Origin: Nitrospirota bacterium
GTDB taxonomy: Bacteria; Nitrospirota; Thermodesulfovibrionia; Thermodesulfovibrionales; UBA9159
Reading direction: 5' to 3'
Length of the DNA stretch: 64,000 bases
Assembly: GCA_963699545.1 (NCBI GenBank)
Contig: CAVOUE010000003.1
Location: forward strand, 416,001 to 480,000
The position numbers and the translations under genes were made by a program. The notes beneath the pieces were generated by a model, which worked only from the letters and a program-made list of their open reading frames with translations, was not told the DNA's origin and did no database searches. Of the stretch, positions 42,708 to 54,443 are shown in pieces; position 1 is the first letter of the stretch; each line of letters starts with the position of its first letter.

Positions 42708-44279
42708 TCATTTCCCCCCTTCCTTGTCCTTGTTCAAGAGAGCCGTCATCTTTTCGATTTTTTGCTCGAATGCACGCCTGTTCTTGTTCGCCGAAGCCCC
42801 AAGAACGACGCGGGTGTTGTTCTTTTCCTCTATAAGTCTGATCCATATCTTCCTGTGGCTCATAAAGAAGGCAATGAACAGGCCGGTGGCCATGGCGAGG
42901 CAGCCCAGATAGACAATCCCAACCCCAGGGTCCTTTCTCACCTGCAGGCCCGTATACTGGATTCCCCAGACCCCCTGGAACTCAAGCACATTTCCATCGG
43001 GAAGTTTCCATGTTTCCGGGTACCGTTTCAGAAGCCATCCGCCGAATTTCTGCTTGCCGTTCTCTGAAAAGTTCACAAATACGGCAGGGTTGTTCATCTG
43101 CTCTGCATAGGTGAATGCCCTCCCTGTGCGTTCATCGAACCCGAGCGCCGGCGAAAAGTCCTCGATCTTCGCTGAGAGGTTTGTCCCGGGGAAGGCGAAA
43201 GAGCCGCCGAACCGCACATTCACATCCTCTCTCTTGCCATCCTTAGAGATCAATGTGAATCTGAAGATGCCGTTCTGCGCCCCTCCGGGGAGAATGCCGT
43301 AACTTGACTGATAAAAGGTCACCCCCTCATAACTCAGCGGCTCGTTCACTTCAATCACTTTTTTCAGAACCTCTTTCCCGTCCTTTACCACAGTGAGCCA
43401 GCTCTTGTATGCCTTCGGCATATCGGAACGGCTGTAGAAATCCACAAGGAACTCGTCACATCGTATATTGAAACCAAGAGGGAAAATACCGTAGGTGCGC
43501 ATCTTTGCCGTTAACGTGTTTTCGTCCATCCCGGAATGCTTTGCTGCGATGGACAGATTTCCCGAAGATTCTTCCACAGCGTGCAGGATCCTTGCGAACT
43601 CCTCTGTCTGTTGCCTGTGGCCTGTGCGGGCAAAAGCAATTGCATAGGCCTTACCCTCGGGCAGATTAAGAAAACCTTTGAACCCAAAAAAAATACCTAT
43701 TACGGCACCCATGAGAATGACCAGTATGCTGAAGTGGGTAATATACACCCCGAGGCGGGTGTAATTGCCCTTTTGAGAATAGAGCTGATAGCCATGCGCT
43801 TCCTTTGACTCATGCAGCGAGAACCCCATGGCCTTCCTTACTACGCCAGAGATCACTTCCTTTGTTTTTTCCGGCTTTCCGTGAAGGACGAACTCCTTCC
43901 TTATCCCGAACCCTTTGAAGTGTTCTTCAGAAAGGGGCTTCACCGGTTCCTTCACCAGTTTCACTATCCTCGGCAACCGGTCTATGGAGCAGATGATGAG
44001 GTTCGCCGCAAAGAGCAGCAGTATGGCGACGAACCACCAGGAATGGTACATATCCATAAATCCGAGGCTGTCAAAAATCCCGAAGAGGGACGGTGCGGCA
44101 GACTGCCCGAAGAGTTTGGCAAGCAACTTGATATTCCTCGCAGGGTCTGCATTCTGCTCAATGACCGTGCCGATAATGGAAGTGATGGACAGAGCGGCGA
44201 AAATGACTATGGCAAGTTTTATGGAAGCAAGGAAATTCCATATCCTGTCGACAAGAGTCGTGTTCTTTTCTTTTTCCAC
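42708..44279 (-). CDS. resB: Cytochrome c biogenesis protein ResB/Ccs1
   Basis: SIIGTVIEQ, YHSWWF, CSIDR, THFSI, IEVNEPL, YQSSY, TGLQVRKDPG; GTG start after AAGGAG. Confidence 0.9.
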   Translation of the reverse strand: MEKEKNTTLVDRIWNFLASIKLAIVIFAALSITSIIGTVIEQNADPARNIKLLAKLFGQSAAPSLFGIFDSLGFMDMYHSWWFVAILLLFAANLIICSIDRLPRIVKLVKEPVKPLSEEHFKGFGIRKEFVLHGKPEKTKEVISGVVRKAMGFSLHESKEAHGYQLYSQKGNYTRLGVYITHFSILVILMGAVIGIFFGFKGFLNLPEGKAYAIAFARTGHRQQTEEFARILHAVEESSGNLSIAAKHSGMDENTLTAKMRTYGIFPLGFNIRCDEFLVDFYSRSDMPKAYKSWLTVVKDGKEVLKKVIEVNEPLSYEGVTFYQSSYGILPGGAQNGIFRFTLISKDGKREDVNVRFGGSFAFPGTNLSAKIEDFSPALGFDERTGRAFTYAEQMNNPAVFVNFSENGKQKFGGWLLKRYPETWKLPDGNVLEFQGVWGIQYTGLQVRKDPGVGIVYLGCLAMATGLFIAFFMSHRKIWIRLIEEKNNTRVVLGASANKNRRAFEQKIEKMTALLNKDKEGGK

Positions 44280-44346
44280 TGCAGTCTCCTTAACGGTTAA
44301 TCGTGCTATTCTAATATATTTCTTAAAAAAAAGGAGCGGGTACGGT

Positions 44347-44760
44347 CTATCTGAGAATCTTTGGCCTGTCCCTTCTCGCATTCACGATGCAGAAGAAACC
44401 GAACGGTTCCTCAAAGGGATTGCTCAACTGGTGCGGGGTGTCCGGCGCGATATAGAGCGTATCCAGAAAGTCCAGCAGATTCATCTTCCTGCCCGTGCGT
44501 ACCTTTCCTTTCCCGCGGACACAGATCACGACATGCTCATGTCTGTGTTCTTCGAAGCTGCTATGCCCTCCCGGCGATATCTCGAAATACCTGAAGTGGA
44601 ATCTGGCCGATTCCCCTCGGTTTCCCACGATCACCCGTCTGACGATGTCAGCCCAATCCCCGCCTTTCGGCTTATAAAGCTCAGTTCTTATGCCCTGCCA
44701 GGTAAAGTTGCCTTTATGTTTGTAAAGTTTGCTCTTGCTCGCGGCCTCTTTCTTTGGCAC
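44347..44760 (-). CDS. Cupin-domain protein
   Basis: RYFEISPGGHSSFEEHRHEH...PHQL metal-binding motifs. Confidence 0.85.
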   Translation of the reverse strand: MPKKEAASKSKLYKHKGNFTWQGIRTELYKPKGGDWADIVRRVIVGNRGESARFHFRYFEISPGGHSSFEEHRHEHVVICVRGKGKVRTGRKMNLLDFLDTLYIAPDTPHQLSNPFEEPFGFFCIVNARRDRPKILR

Positions 44761-44842
44761 AGTAAATCCCCCGTAGAATGCAGAGTAACTCCTATTTTAC
44801 ACCAAAGCAGACATAATCGGGGCTGGGTTGAGAGGCATCTAA

Positions 44843-45934
44843 CTAGAACACAATAACACTCTTTAGTGAATCCCCTGCCCGGGCAGTAAGAGCGAAGGCC
44901 TCCGCAGTTTTGTCAAGGGGAAATCTGTGGGTGACTAACTTTTCGGCTGCAATGGCTCCCGTCTTTATCAATCTCAGCGCTTCAGAGGTATCTGCGGGCC
45001 CACACGAGTAACTGGTCACTAACGTTATATCCCGGAAATACAGGACGTTGGGATCAATGCAGAGCTTCTCTCCGGGTTTTGCCGGAGTAAAGAGAACAAG
45101 TTTCCCGCCCCTTGATACCACCCCCATTCCCTGGTGCATGGCTTCCGCGCTGTTCGGACCCACAACCACAATGTCTGCCATAAATCCCCCGGTCAGAACC
45201 CTGACTCTCTCGAAAAGGTCCTCCCGTCCAACATCAATGACATGATCTGCGCCGAACTCCAGGGCTTTGTTCAGCCGGAACTGAACCATGTCCGCGCCGA
45301 TGACCTCGCGTGCGCCGAACTCCCTGGCAAGGAGCACATGCATTTGTCCCATGACACCGAGACCGATGACCAGCACGGTATCCCCCTTTCTTACTGACGC
45401 CCTTCTGAGAGACTTCACCACACACGCGGCAGGTTCGACAAGTGTGCCGTCCTCATAACGTATCCCTTCATCCAGGAGTAACGTATCGTTTCTCAAATTC
45501 ATCTCAGGGACACGTATGTACTCCGAGATGCCGCCGGGGATTATCCTCGAATTTCGCCACGTCTCGCACTGGACGTAATCGCCTTTGTCACAGTATCTGC
45601 ACCCCATGCACGGAGCATGATGGTGCACAAAAACCCGGTCACCGACCTTGAAGCCAGGAGTTCCGAGTTCCGAGTTGTGAGACAGGTCATTCTTATCTTC
45701 TCTCCGAACTCCCGGCGCCGAACCCTGAACTTCTCTTCCCAGCTCAACGATCTCTCCCACGGGTTCATGACCGGGGACGAGGGGTGCTTTCTTTTCTATG
45801 TACCACGGCATCACATCACCGGAGCATATGCCGCAGGCCTTTGTCTTTACCAGCGCCTCCCTCGGGCCTATCTCGGGAACAGGAATATCTTCGATGCGGA
45901 TATCGTTAAAATGGTAGAGTTTTGCGACTTTCAT
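44843..45934 (-). CDS. Zn-dependent medium-chain dehydrogenase
   Basis: GICSGD, GHE, CMGCRYC-x7-C, GLGVMG. Confidence 0.9.
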   Translation of the reverse strand: MKVAKLYHFNDIRIEDIPVPEIGPREALVKTKACGICSGDVMPWYIEKKAPLVPGHEPVGEIVELGREVQGSAPGVRREDKNDLSHNSELGTPGFKVGDRVFVHHHAPCMGCRYCDKGDYVQCETWRNSRIIPGGISEYIRVPEMNLRNDTLLLDEGIRYEDGTLVEPAACVVKSLRRASVRKGDTVLVIGLGVMGQMHVLLAREFGAREVIGADMVQFRLNKALEFGADHVIDVGREDLFERVRVLTGGFMADIVVVGPNSAEAMHQGMGVVSRGGKLVLFTPAKPGEKLCIDPNVLYFRDITLVTSYSCGPADTSEALRLIKTGAIAAEKLVTHRFPLDKTAEAFALTARAGDSLKSVIVF

Positions 45935-45946
45935 GGTTTCCGAGTC

Positions 45947-46960
45947 TCAGGGAATAATCGCATATTTCACCCCCTCACCTTTTGACAATTTCTTGAAGGC
46001 GGTCTCAATGTCCCTGAGAGGATAGCAACGGGTTATCAAAGGAGAGACGTCAAGGGTTCCCTTGAGGAGGCTGTAGGCCTTTTTTACGTCCTGTGGGGTA
46101 AAATGAAAGACCCCTTTCAGAGTTATCTCATCATAGTGGAGCCTGTAGGTATCATACTTCACCGTTGTCCCGCTCCTGCACCCTCCGAAGAGGACCACGG
46201 TGCCTCCCCTCCTTACATATCTTACGGAATCCTCCCACACGCTCACCTGCCCTGTGCATTCAAAGAGGAAATCCACCCCCATACCGCCGGTGAACTCGCT
46301 GAGGGTATTCATCAACTCTTCCGGGGCCACTGCCCTGTCAGCGCCCAGTGTCTTTGCCAGTGCCAGCCGTTTCCGCTCCAATCCCGTGATGATCACTTCA
46401 GCTCCCTTCAGTTTTGCCAGGAGAAGATGCAAGAGTCCTATGGGACCCGCGCCGATGATGAGCACTTTGTCGCCTTTCCTGGCAGCCAGGTCGGTCATGC
46501 TATGGACCACACAGGAAAGGGGCTCAAGGAACGCTGCCTCTTCATACGGCAGGCTGTCCGGTTTGTGAAAGAGGTTCTGTTTTACAATGTGCGCGGGCAG
46601 GAGGATATATTCCGCAAAGGCTCCGAGAACCTTTGAATTCATTATGTCTTCACAGAGGTTGAAGACCCCTTTTCGGCAATAGCGGCATTTGAGACAGGGA
46701 GCGCTGTGTACCGACATCACAGCGTCTCCCTCTTTGAACCCTTTGATCCCTTTCCCCGCTTCAGCAATGACTCCGGAGAATTCGTGGCCGAACACGCCGG
46801 GCATCGGGATCATGGGATGTCCCCTCAGGTATGCCTTGAGATCTGTGCCACAGGTGAGGGCAGCGCTGATCTTCACGAGCACTTCGCCCCTGGAGGGCCG
46901 GGGAGCCGCAGTCTCCTGTATCTCTATTTTCTGCGGACCAAGGAGAATTCCTGCGAGCAC
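45947..46960 (-). CDS. Zn-dependent medium-chain dehydrogenase
   Basis: TCGTD, GHE, CLKCRYC-x7-C, GAGPIG. Confidence 0.9.
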   Translation of the reverse strand: MLAGILLGPQKIEIQETAAPRPSRGEVLVKISAALTCGTDLKAYLRGHPMIPMPGVFGHEFSGVIAEAGKGIKGFKEGDAVMSVHSAPCLKCRYCRKGVFNLCEDIMNSKVLGAFAEYILLPAHIVKQNLFHKPDSLPYEEAAFLEPLSCVVHSMTDLAARKGDKVLIIGAGPIGLLHLLLAKLKGAEVIITGLERKRLALAKTLGADRAVAPEELMNTLSEFTGGMGVDFLFECTGQVSVWEDSVRYVRRGGTVVLFGGCRSGTTVKYDTYRLHYDEITLKGVFHFTPQDVKKAYSLLKGTLDVSPLITRCYPLRDIETAFKKLSKGEGVKYAIIP

Positions 46961-46963
46961 CGA

Positions 46964-47251
46964 CTACAGCTCCATCCTTCCTCCCCACAGCTGTCCGATG
47001 ACCGCTGCGAGAACAAACAGGGGAATATATCGAAAATCGAGCTGTGAGAGCACCCTCGCAAGGAATATAAAGGGTATGGGGAGGTGAATATAGAGAAACC
47101 ATTTGAGGGAAAAGCGCCTTGCCTTTCTCCTGAAATAACCGAAGGGAAGATTAATCAGAACGGTCAGTGAAAAAAGGACTACTACAAGGACAGTTTTTGA
47201 GCCGAAATCCATAATAGAAGTTACCTTATGGGTAAGGGATATGTCAAACAC
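46964..47251 (-). CDS. Small membrane protein (start may be 47212)
   Basis: NLPFGYFR...W-LYIH-PIP hydrophobic pattern. Confidence 0.6.
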   Translation of the reverse strand: MFDISLTHKVTSIMDFGSKTVLVVVLFSLTVLINLPFGYFRRKARRFSLKWFLYIHLPIPFIFLARVLSQLDFRYIPLFVLAAVIGQLWGGRMEL

Positions 47252-47321
47252 CGGGATGTTGAATTTGTCTTTTTTTTTCGGTTATTATGATATAGTCTAG
47301 AATGATGAAGGAGGTAATCAG

Positions 47322-48162
47322 ATGAATAACATAAAAACGATGGTACTGCTCGTTACGTTGACCCTTATTCTCGTCTGGGCGGGCGCTGCCATCGGCGGAA
47401 AACAGGGCATGACCATGGCGCTCATCTTTGCCTTTGGGATGAACTTCTTTGCATACTGGTTCAGCGACAAGATCGTTCTCAGAATGTACCGTGCACAGGA
47501 AGTCACTGAGGCTGAGGCGCCGGAACTCTACGGCATTGTGAGGATGCTGAGCCAGAAGGCGGAGATACCCATGCCCAAGGTCTATATCATTGATGAGGAC
47601 CAGCCCAATGCCTTCGCGACCGGAAGAAACCCGAAGCATGCGGCGGTTGCCGTAACAACGGGCATTATGCGAATTCTCAGCCGCGAAGAACTTTCAGGGG
47701 TGATCGGCCATGAACTTGCCCATATAACTCACAGGGATATCCTCATCAGCACTATCGCTGCCACCATTGCAGGCGCTATCAGTTATCTTGCCCAGATGGC
47801 CCAATGGGCAATGATCTTCGGCCACAGGGGAGATGACGATGAAGGAGGAAGTCCTGTTGCGGCCGTGGTGATGATGATCGTCGGTCCGATAGCGGCCATG
47901 ATCGTCCAGATGGCTATCTCACGGTCGAGGGAATACGTTGCTGATGAAGGCGGCGCAAGAATGGCCGGAAATCCGCGATATCTCTCGCAAAGCTCTTCGC
48001 AAATTGGGCCTTGCATCACAGAAGATACCCATGGATGCCAACCCTGCGACGTCCCATATGTTCATTGTCAACCCGTTATCAGGCGGTGGAATACTGAAAC
48101 TCTTCAGCACCCATCCTCCGATCGAGGAGAGGATAGCACGGCTTGAGGCCATGAGCCGTTAG
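47322..48162 (+). CDS. htpX: Membrane Zn metalloprotease (indel near 47985)
   Basis: [30 protein letters not shown]. Confidence 0.95.
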
Positions 48163-48206
48163 AGCTTGACTCTTGGCATAATGATTGTTCAAAATATCGG
48201 CGTCCT

Positions 48207-49164
48207 ATGAAGGCCCTGGTGACAGGAGCTACAGGCTTTATCGGAAGCCACCTCGTTGAGGAACTTGTCAAGAAGGGGTATGAGGTCACCTGTCTCGCGA
48301 GAAAGACCTCCAACCTTAAATGGATCGAAGGTCTTGATGTGAACATCCTTTACGGGGACTGCACAGACAAGGATTCCCTCAAGCAGATTCCTCCTGACCT
48401 CGATTATGTCTTTCATCTCGCCGGGCTGACAAAGGCGCACAGGGATGAAGATTTTTTCTGCGTCAATGCGAAGGGCACAGAGAATCTGCTGAAGGCCGTA
48501 GCGGCAAGGAGCCCCGGATAAAGCGATTTGTTTATATGAGCAGTCTTGCTGCGGCAGGCCCCAGCAGGAACGGTTCACCCCTCAATGAGACCTCCGAGCC
48601 GAGGCCTGTTTCCAGTTACGGGAGAAGCAAACTGGAAGGCGAAGGTGTTATACTGGAGCACAGAGATGCTCCCGGTGACTATCATCAGGCCTCCTGCGGT
48701 GTACGGCCCGAGGGACAGGGATTTCTTTGTCCTGTTCAAAATGGTAAGAAAGGGCTTTTATCCTTATTGGGGAAAATGTTATTATTCACTCTTGTATGTG
48801 GATGACCTTGTTCAGGGGGTTGATAATGGCTGCAGAGGCGCACGAGGCAGAAGGCAAGATATATTTCTTGTCGGATGGCAGGATTTATTCCAACGAGGAC
48901 ATTGTGAATGAGATATGCGAATGTCCTGGATGCAAAGATCAGTGAGGTTGCGGATACCCAGGCCGCTTCCTGAATCTTCTTGCGAAGATCAGTGAGAAGA
49001 CTGGGCGAGGGGGCATCATCATTAACAGGGACAAGCTCAAGGAACTTAAACATCTGCCATTGGACATGTAATTCAAAAAAGGCGGAAAATGAACTCGGAT
49101 TTATTCCAAAGGTGAGAATAAAGGAAGGAATAAAATGGACAGCAGATTGGTACAGGATTCACCA

Positions 49165-49174
<10 letters not shown>
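48207..49174 (+). CDS. NAD-dependent epimerase/reductase, CerR candidate (split by indels)
   Basis: [25 protein letters not shown]. Confidence 0.85.
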
Positions 49175-50370
<1,196 letters not shown>

Positions 50371-50375
50371 GCTCA

Positions 50376-51482
50376 TTGGAAGTCACTGAAGTTGCCTCAG
50401 AGAAAGACCTCGATGATATTCATAGATTTCCCCTATTCCCTCTACGCCAGAGACCCCCTCTACGCTCCACCCCTGAAAAGGGAGATGAAGGAGCAGTTCT
50501 CCAGGAAGAATCCATTCTTTGCACATGCGGAGGCAAGGTATTTTCTTGCCCGGAGAGGGAAGAAGACGGTCGGGAGGGTCGCCTCGATCATTAATCGGAG
50601 GCATATGGAGTTCCACAACGAGAACGCAGGCTTTTTCGGGTTCTTTGAATCCATTAATGACCATGAGGTCTGTTCACTGCTCCTCAATGCGGCACGCGAT
50701 ATACTGAGAAACAGGGGATGACATTCATGAGGGGACCGATGAACTTTTCGACAAATGAGGAGTGCGGGTTTCTCATCGAAGGGTTTGAATAGCCCCCTAT
50801 GCTCATGACCCCTTATAACCCGCCCTATTATGGCAATCTGATGGAAGGCTGCGGAATGCGGAAGGCAAAGGACCTCTATGCGTTTATCCATGAGGTGAGA
50901 GAGACCCTTCCGGAAAAAGTTCTGAGGGTGGCGACGATCGCAGAAAAACGCGGTATTTCGGTCAGGCCAGTGGACAAAAAGAAATTTGACCGGAGAGATG
51001 CTGGTATTTCAAGGAGGTCTATAATTCTGCGTGGGAGAAGAACTGGGGCTTTATCCCGCTGACGGATGAAGAACTCCTCTATCTCGGGGAACGGCTGAAA
51101 CAGATCGCAGTGCCTGAGCTGACGCTGATCGCTGAGGACAACGGGGAGCCGGTGGGGTTCCTGGGCCTCTTGCCGGATTTCAATCATGTCCTGCAGACAC
51201 ATGAACGGCAAGCTCAATCCCCTCGCCATTGTGAAGGCCCTCTATTATTCAAGGAAGATCACAGACCTCAGGCTCCTGCTCCTCGGGATCAAGCCGGAAT
51301 ACCGGAACCGAGGGGTAGACGCCCTGCTCTACAGAGAGGGCTTCAGGGGAATCAAGAAAGGAAAGTATAAACGGCTGGAGTTTTCATGGATACTCGAAGA
51401 TAACATCCCGGTACAGAGGATCGTGGAGATGGTGGGGGGGAGATTGTACAAGAAGTACAGGATTTACGAGAAGGAGATATAG
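50376..51482 (+). CDS. GNAT-fold acyltransferase, bacterial ceramide synthase (bCerS)-like (indels, one in-frame TAG; start approximate)
   Basis: GRVA, GFFGFFE, GPMNFSTNEECG-L-EGF, PYNPPYY, NWGF-P, PDFN, LGIKPEYRNRG, EFSWILEDN. Confidence 0.75.
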
Positions 51483-51524
51483 AGTCGCATTGTTGTTCGT
51501 CTTTGCAGCCTGCGCCCGACGTGA

Positions 51525-52451
51525 CTATAAGGACGCTCGAAACTTCAGATAATCTTCCGCACTCTGTTGTGGCTGTTCCAGCATCGGTAGATGGCCGACG
51601 TCTGGCATTATGATGGCCTGCGAGCGGGGCATGAGTTTGTGAAGAATTTGGGCAGCCGCAAAGCTCAGTACACGGTCCTTATCGCCCCAGACAATCAAAG
51701 TCGGGATAGGCAGACCAGTGACGCGTGTTTCCACGGAGTCAGATTCGATCTGTTTGAAGATTCGCTCCTCCAGGGCATAATTCCTGATGCGCTCCTGCGC
51801 CATTACCTTTATAATGGGCCGTGGGATGAAGGGCGGCTTGTACATCGCGAATTTAATGACTTGTGCGAACTCGTCTACACTTTTGGCCATCAGCTGATTG
51901 CGCCCCGTCTCTGCAATAGTCTTCAAGAGTTCACTCTTAGGCGCACTCCAGATCCCGGCCGGATCGAGCAACCAGAGACTCGCCACCTCGGCAGGGTAAC
52001 GGGTCGCATAGGTCATCGCGATCTGGCCACCCATCGAACTGCCCCCGAGATGCAGACGCTCGATACCTAGGGCACGCGCAAAAGCACGCAACCGTTCCAC
52101 CTGAGCGGGCGGCGCGTAGTCCGCCTCTTGCGGATGAGAGGATTCGCCGAAGCCGATGTGGTCGGGTACGATTACACGATAGTGAGGCGTTAGAAAACGC
52201 GCTACCTTCGTGAAGTGGTCTTTATTGGCGCCGAAGCCGTGCAGAAGCATCAGCGGCTCGCCCTTGCCGCCTTCCAGATACACGTAGTGCAGCCCGCCCG
52301 GCAGATCGATCTCCTTGCGGAGGAGGCCGGAGCGATGGCGATATGCGTTGAAGATAAAACTTGTGACTTTCTCAGGTGCCCAGTAAACAAAGCCAATCAC
52401 TCCAGTCACAATAACAGCTATTGCAACCAGCTCGAAATTTGCGAGATGCAT
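51525..52451 (-). CDS. alpha/beta hydrolase (lipase-like) with N-terminal anchor
   Basis: LHGFG, GSSMGG nucleophile elbow, WGDKD, GHLP. Confidence 0.9.
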   Translation of the reverse strand: MHLANFELVAIAVIVTGVIGFVYWAPEKVTSFIFNAYRHRSGLLRKEIDLPGGLHYVYLEGGKGEPLMLLHGFGANKDHFTKVARFLTPHYRVIVPDHIGFGESSHPQEADYAPPAQVERLRAFARALGIERLHLGGSSMGGQIAMTYATRYPAEVASLWLLDPAGIWSAPKSELLKTIAETGRNQLMAKSVDEFAQVIKFAMYKPPFIPRPIIKVMAQERIRNYALEERIFKQIESDSVETRVTGLPIPTLIVWGDKDRVLSFAAAQILHKLMPRSQAIIMPDVGHLPMLEQPQQSAEDYLKFRASL

Positions 52452-52467
52452 AGTATCTCCTCTAAAC

Positions 52468-52525
52468 CTGTAACGTCAAAATTAATGCGTAGCTATCAGC
52501 CATCGCCTTTAATGTTTTGTTGTAC
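52468..52525 (-). other. attC-like site (58 bp)
   Basis: Minus strand GTACAAC, 5 nt, ATTAAAGG ... CATTAAT, 6 nt, GTTACAG, then GAGGAG and the ATG of the hydrolase. Confidence 0.65.
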
Positions 52526-52613
52526 GCTGTCTTACTTTTTTGATTCGTTTTTCAAAATGTCAATACTTATTTAAACCAGCCCGACCTCTCTTATCCGGCG
52601 TGCCACTCCGTCA

Positions 52614-53948
52614 TTACTCGACAGCAAAGAGCCGCCACTCGCCAGGGACACCTTTGAGGCTATGCACACCGCGATCTCCAAAGGAAATGCCGGAACCCAT
52701 TACCAGTTCCTTGACAGTGCCTGAGACCAACACCTCTCCAGGACCGGCTTTCGCCACGAGCCGAGCACCGATATGTACGGCGATGCCGCTGACCTCTTCG
52801 CCGACTAACTCACATTCACCTGTGTGTAACCCCGCCCGAATTTCAATTCCTATAAGGCGAACAGCCTCACGAATAGCCAGCGCACAACGGATAGCGCGTG
52901 CTGCACCCTCAAAGGTGGCAAAAAAGCCATCACCAGTTGTATTGACTTCGCGCCCACGGAAGCGCTGGAGTTCCTTTCGCACAGCCTCATGGTGGCGGGC
53001 AAGAAGATCATGCCACTTGCGGTCGCCAAGTGCAGCAGCCTGCTCGGTTGAGCCGACTATATCTGTGAAGAGAACCGTTGCGAGGACACGGTCTGCTTCA
53101 ACGCTCTCTCGGCTCCCAGTCAAAAATTCCTCGATGTGCCCTATCGCGTCATCAGCATTCTCAAAAAATAAGTGGCTGTCACTACCCGACAGCTCGATGA
53201 ACTTAGCATTTGGAATATGTTCCGCCAGGTAGCGTCCATGTCTGATATTGACAAAGGAGTAATCACTGCGATGCAGAACAAGGGTTGGGACGCGGATTGA
53301 GCTAAGGATAGATCGCGAATCTGATGTAAAGAGGTAGCGAAAATAAGCGGCTGCCTCACGGGGTGTGGCAGCCGCCCGCATGTATTTTGCTACCAGCCGC
53401 AAAATGTTTTCATCCTTTTTCATGCTCGGGAGAACTATCGCGGCCAACTGCTCAGTTCCCCACCCCTGTTCGACCATCTGGATGAAAGCTGCAACCTTCT
53501 CTGGAGGATCACCACAGGGGTAGTCATCGCTCACGGTGCGCCTGGCATAGGTATTGGCAAGTATCAATGCAGATGTACGCTCCGGTTCAGTAGCGGCGAA
53601 GAGCATTCCCATCATTCCTGCATCACGCTCGGCAAGGATTGCAGCACGCTCAGACCCGACAGCATCAAGTACAGCCCTCAAGTCATCGGTCCATGCTTCC
53701 CATGTGGGCAAAGCGTCAATTGTTATCGGGTCCGACAACCCGAAACCGCGGCGATCAAAAAGAATGACCCTGCTGAAAGATGACAAACGTTCAAAGCAAC
53801 GAACGACCTGCGGAAACTCCCACCCAATATCGAGCTGGGTCGAAAAACCGGCACAGTAGACAAGGTCATGCGGCCCGTTGCCCAGCACTTGATAGGCAAT
53901 GTTACCATCCCGGCTTTTTACATACTGTGTCTTTGGCGGGGCTATCAT
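52614..53948 (-). CDS. alpha/beta-hydrolase fold fused to class III adenylate/guanylate cyclase (LipJ/Rv1900c-like)
   Basis: LFTDIVGST, TGDG, RAGLHTGE, GIAVHIGAR, LKGVPG; hydrolase elbow degenerate (AERDAG). Confidence 0.9.
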   Translation of the reverse strand: MIAPPKTQYVKSRDGNIAYQVLGNGPHDLVYCAGFSTQLDIGWEFPQVVRCFERLSSFSRVILFDRRGFGLSDPITIDALPTWEAWTDDLRAVLDAVGSERAAILAERDAGMMGMLFAATEPERTSALILANTYARRTVSDDYPCGDPPEKVAAFIQMVEQGWGTEQLAAIVLPSMKKDENILRLVAKYMRAAATPREAAAYFRYLFTSDSRSILSSIRVPTLVLHRSDYSFVNIRHGRYLAEHIPNAKFIELSGSDSHLFFENADDAIGHIEEFLTGSRESVEADRVLATVLFTDIVGSTEQAAALGDRKWHDLLARHHEAVRKELQRFRGREVNTTGDGFFATFEGAARAIRCALAIREAVRLIGIEIRAGLHTGECELVGEEVSGIAVHIGARLVAKAGPGEVLVSGTVKELVMGSGISFGDRGVHSLKGVPGEWRLFAVE

Positions 53949-54168
53949 TTCGTAGGAACCTTCTCCTATTTCTCAGCGCGGCACTTACATTTAATATACG
54001 ATCGTATTCCCCGGTAATTTATAACACTCTAACACAAAGCAAAACGACAAGAAAGATAAAAAACACAATAAACTCAGCAGGCTAAATTCTTTGGCATTTG
54101 CCTTTTGTGATAATAGGGACTCAAGGCGAAGTTCGTATATCATGGTAATTTGTCCTTGCTGATTTCGG

Positions 54169-54366
54169 CTATCGCCTCTTGCTGAAAACATCGATCGCAA
54201 GGGGGATTGTGCTGACCGCTCCGACCAGAAACAGCGTCCATCCCACTGCCCTTCGCTGATCCTCATCCAATCTATCCGCGAGTAACAGCGCTGCTCCTGC
54301 TCCGAGCATCCCCCGGGTGCTCGCTACAAGCGCCAGTTCCGGCAAACTTACTTCCACTCTTTTCAT
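54169..54366 (-). CDS. Small membrane protein
   Basis: AAGGAGG SD; two hydrophobic segments. Confidence 0.6.
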   Translation of the reverse strand: MKRVEVSLPELALVASTRGMLGAGAALLLADRLDEDQRRAVGWTLFLVGAVSTIPLAIDVFSKRR

Positions 54367-54443
54367 ATTGCCTCCTTCACGACAATCTTATCAAACGCTA
54401 TCGACCTGAGCAAACCGCACTGCCACACAAGACAGGCTCGGCT

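Noticed and set aside
48174-48189. sigma54 promoter for the sphingolipid-like operon (TGGCAT-N5-TTGT)
   Set aside because: The conserved -12 GC is GT, and an overlapping TTGACT suggests sigma70 instead
50790-50792. In-frame TAG in the bCerS-like gene as pyrrolysine or readthrough
   Set aside because: Not at a recognisable catalytic motif, lies in an error-rich stretch, and no pyl genes are visible
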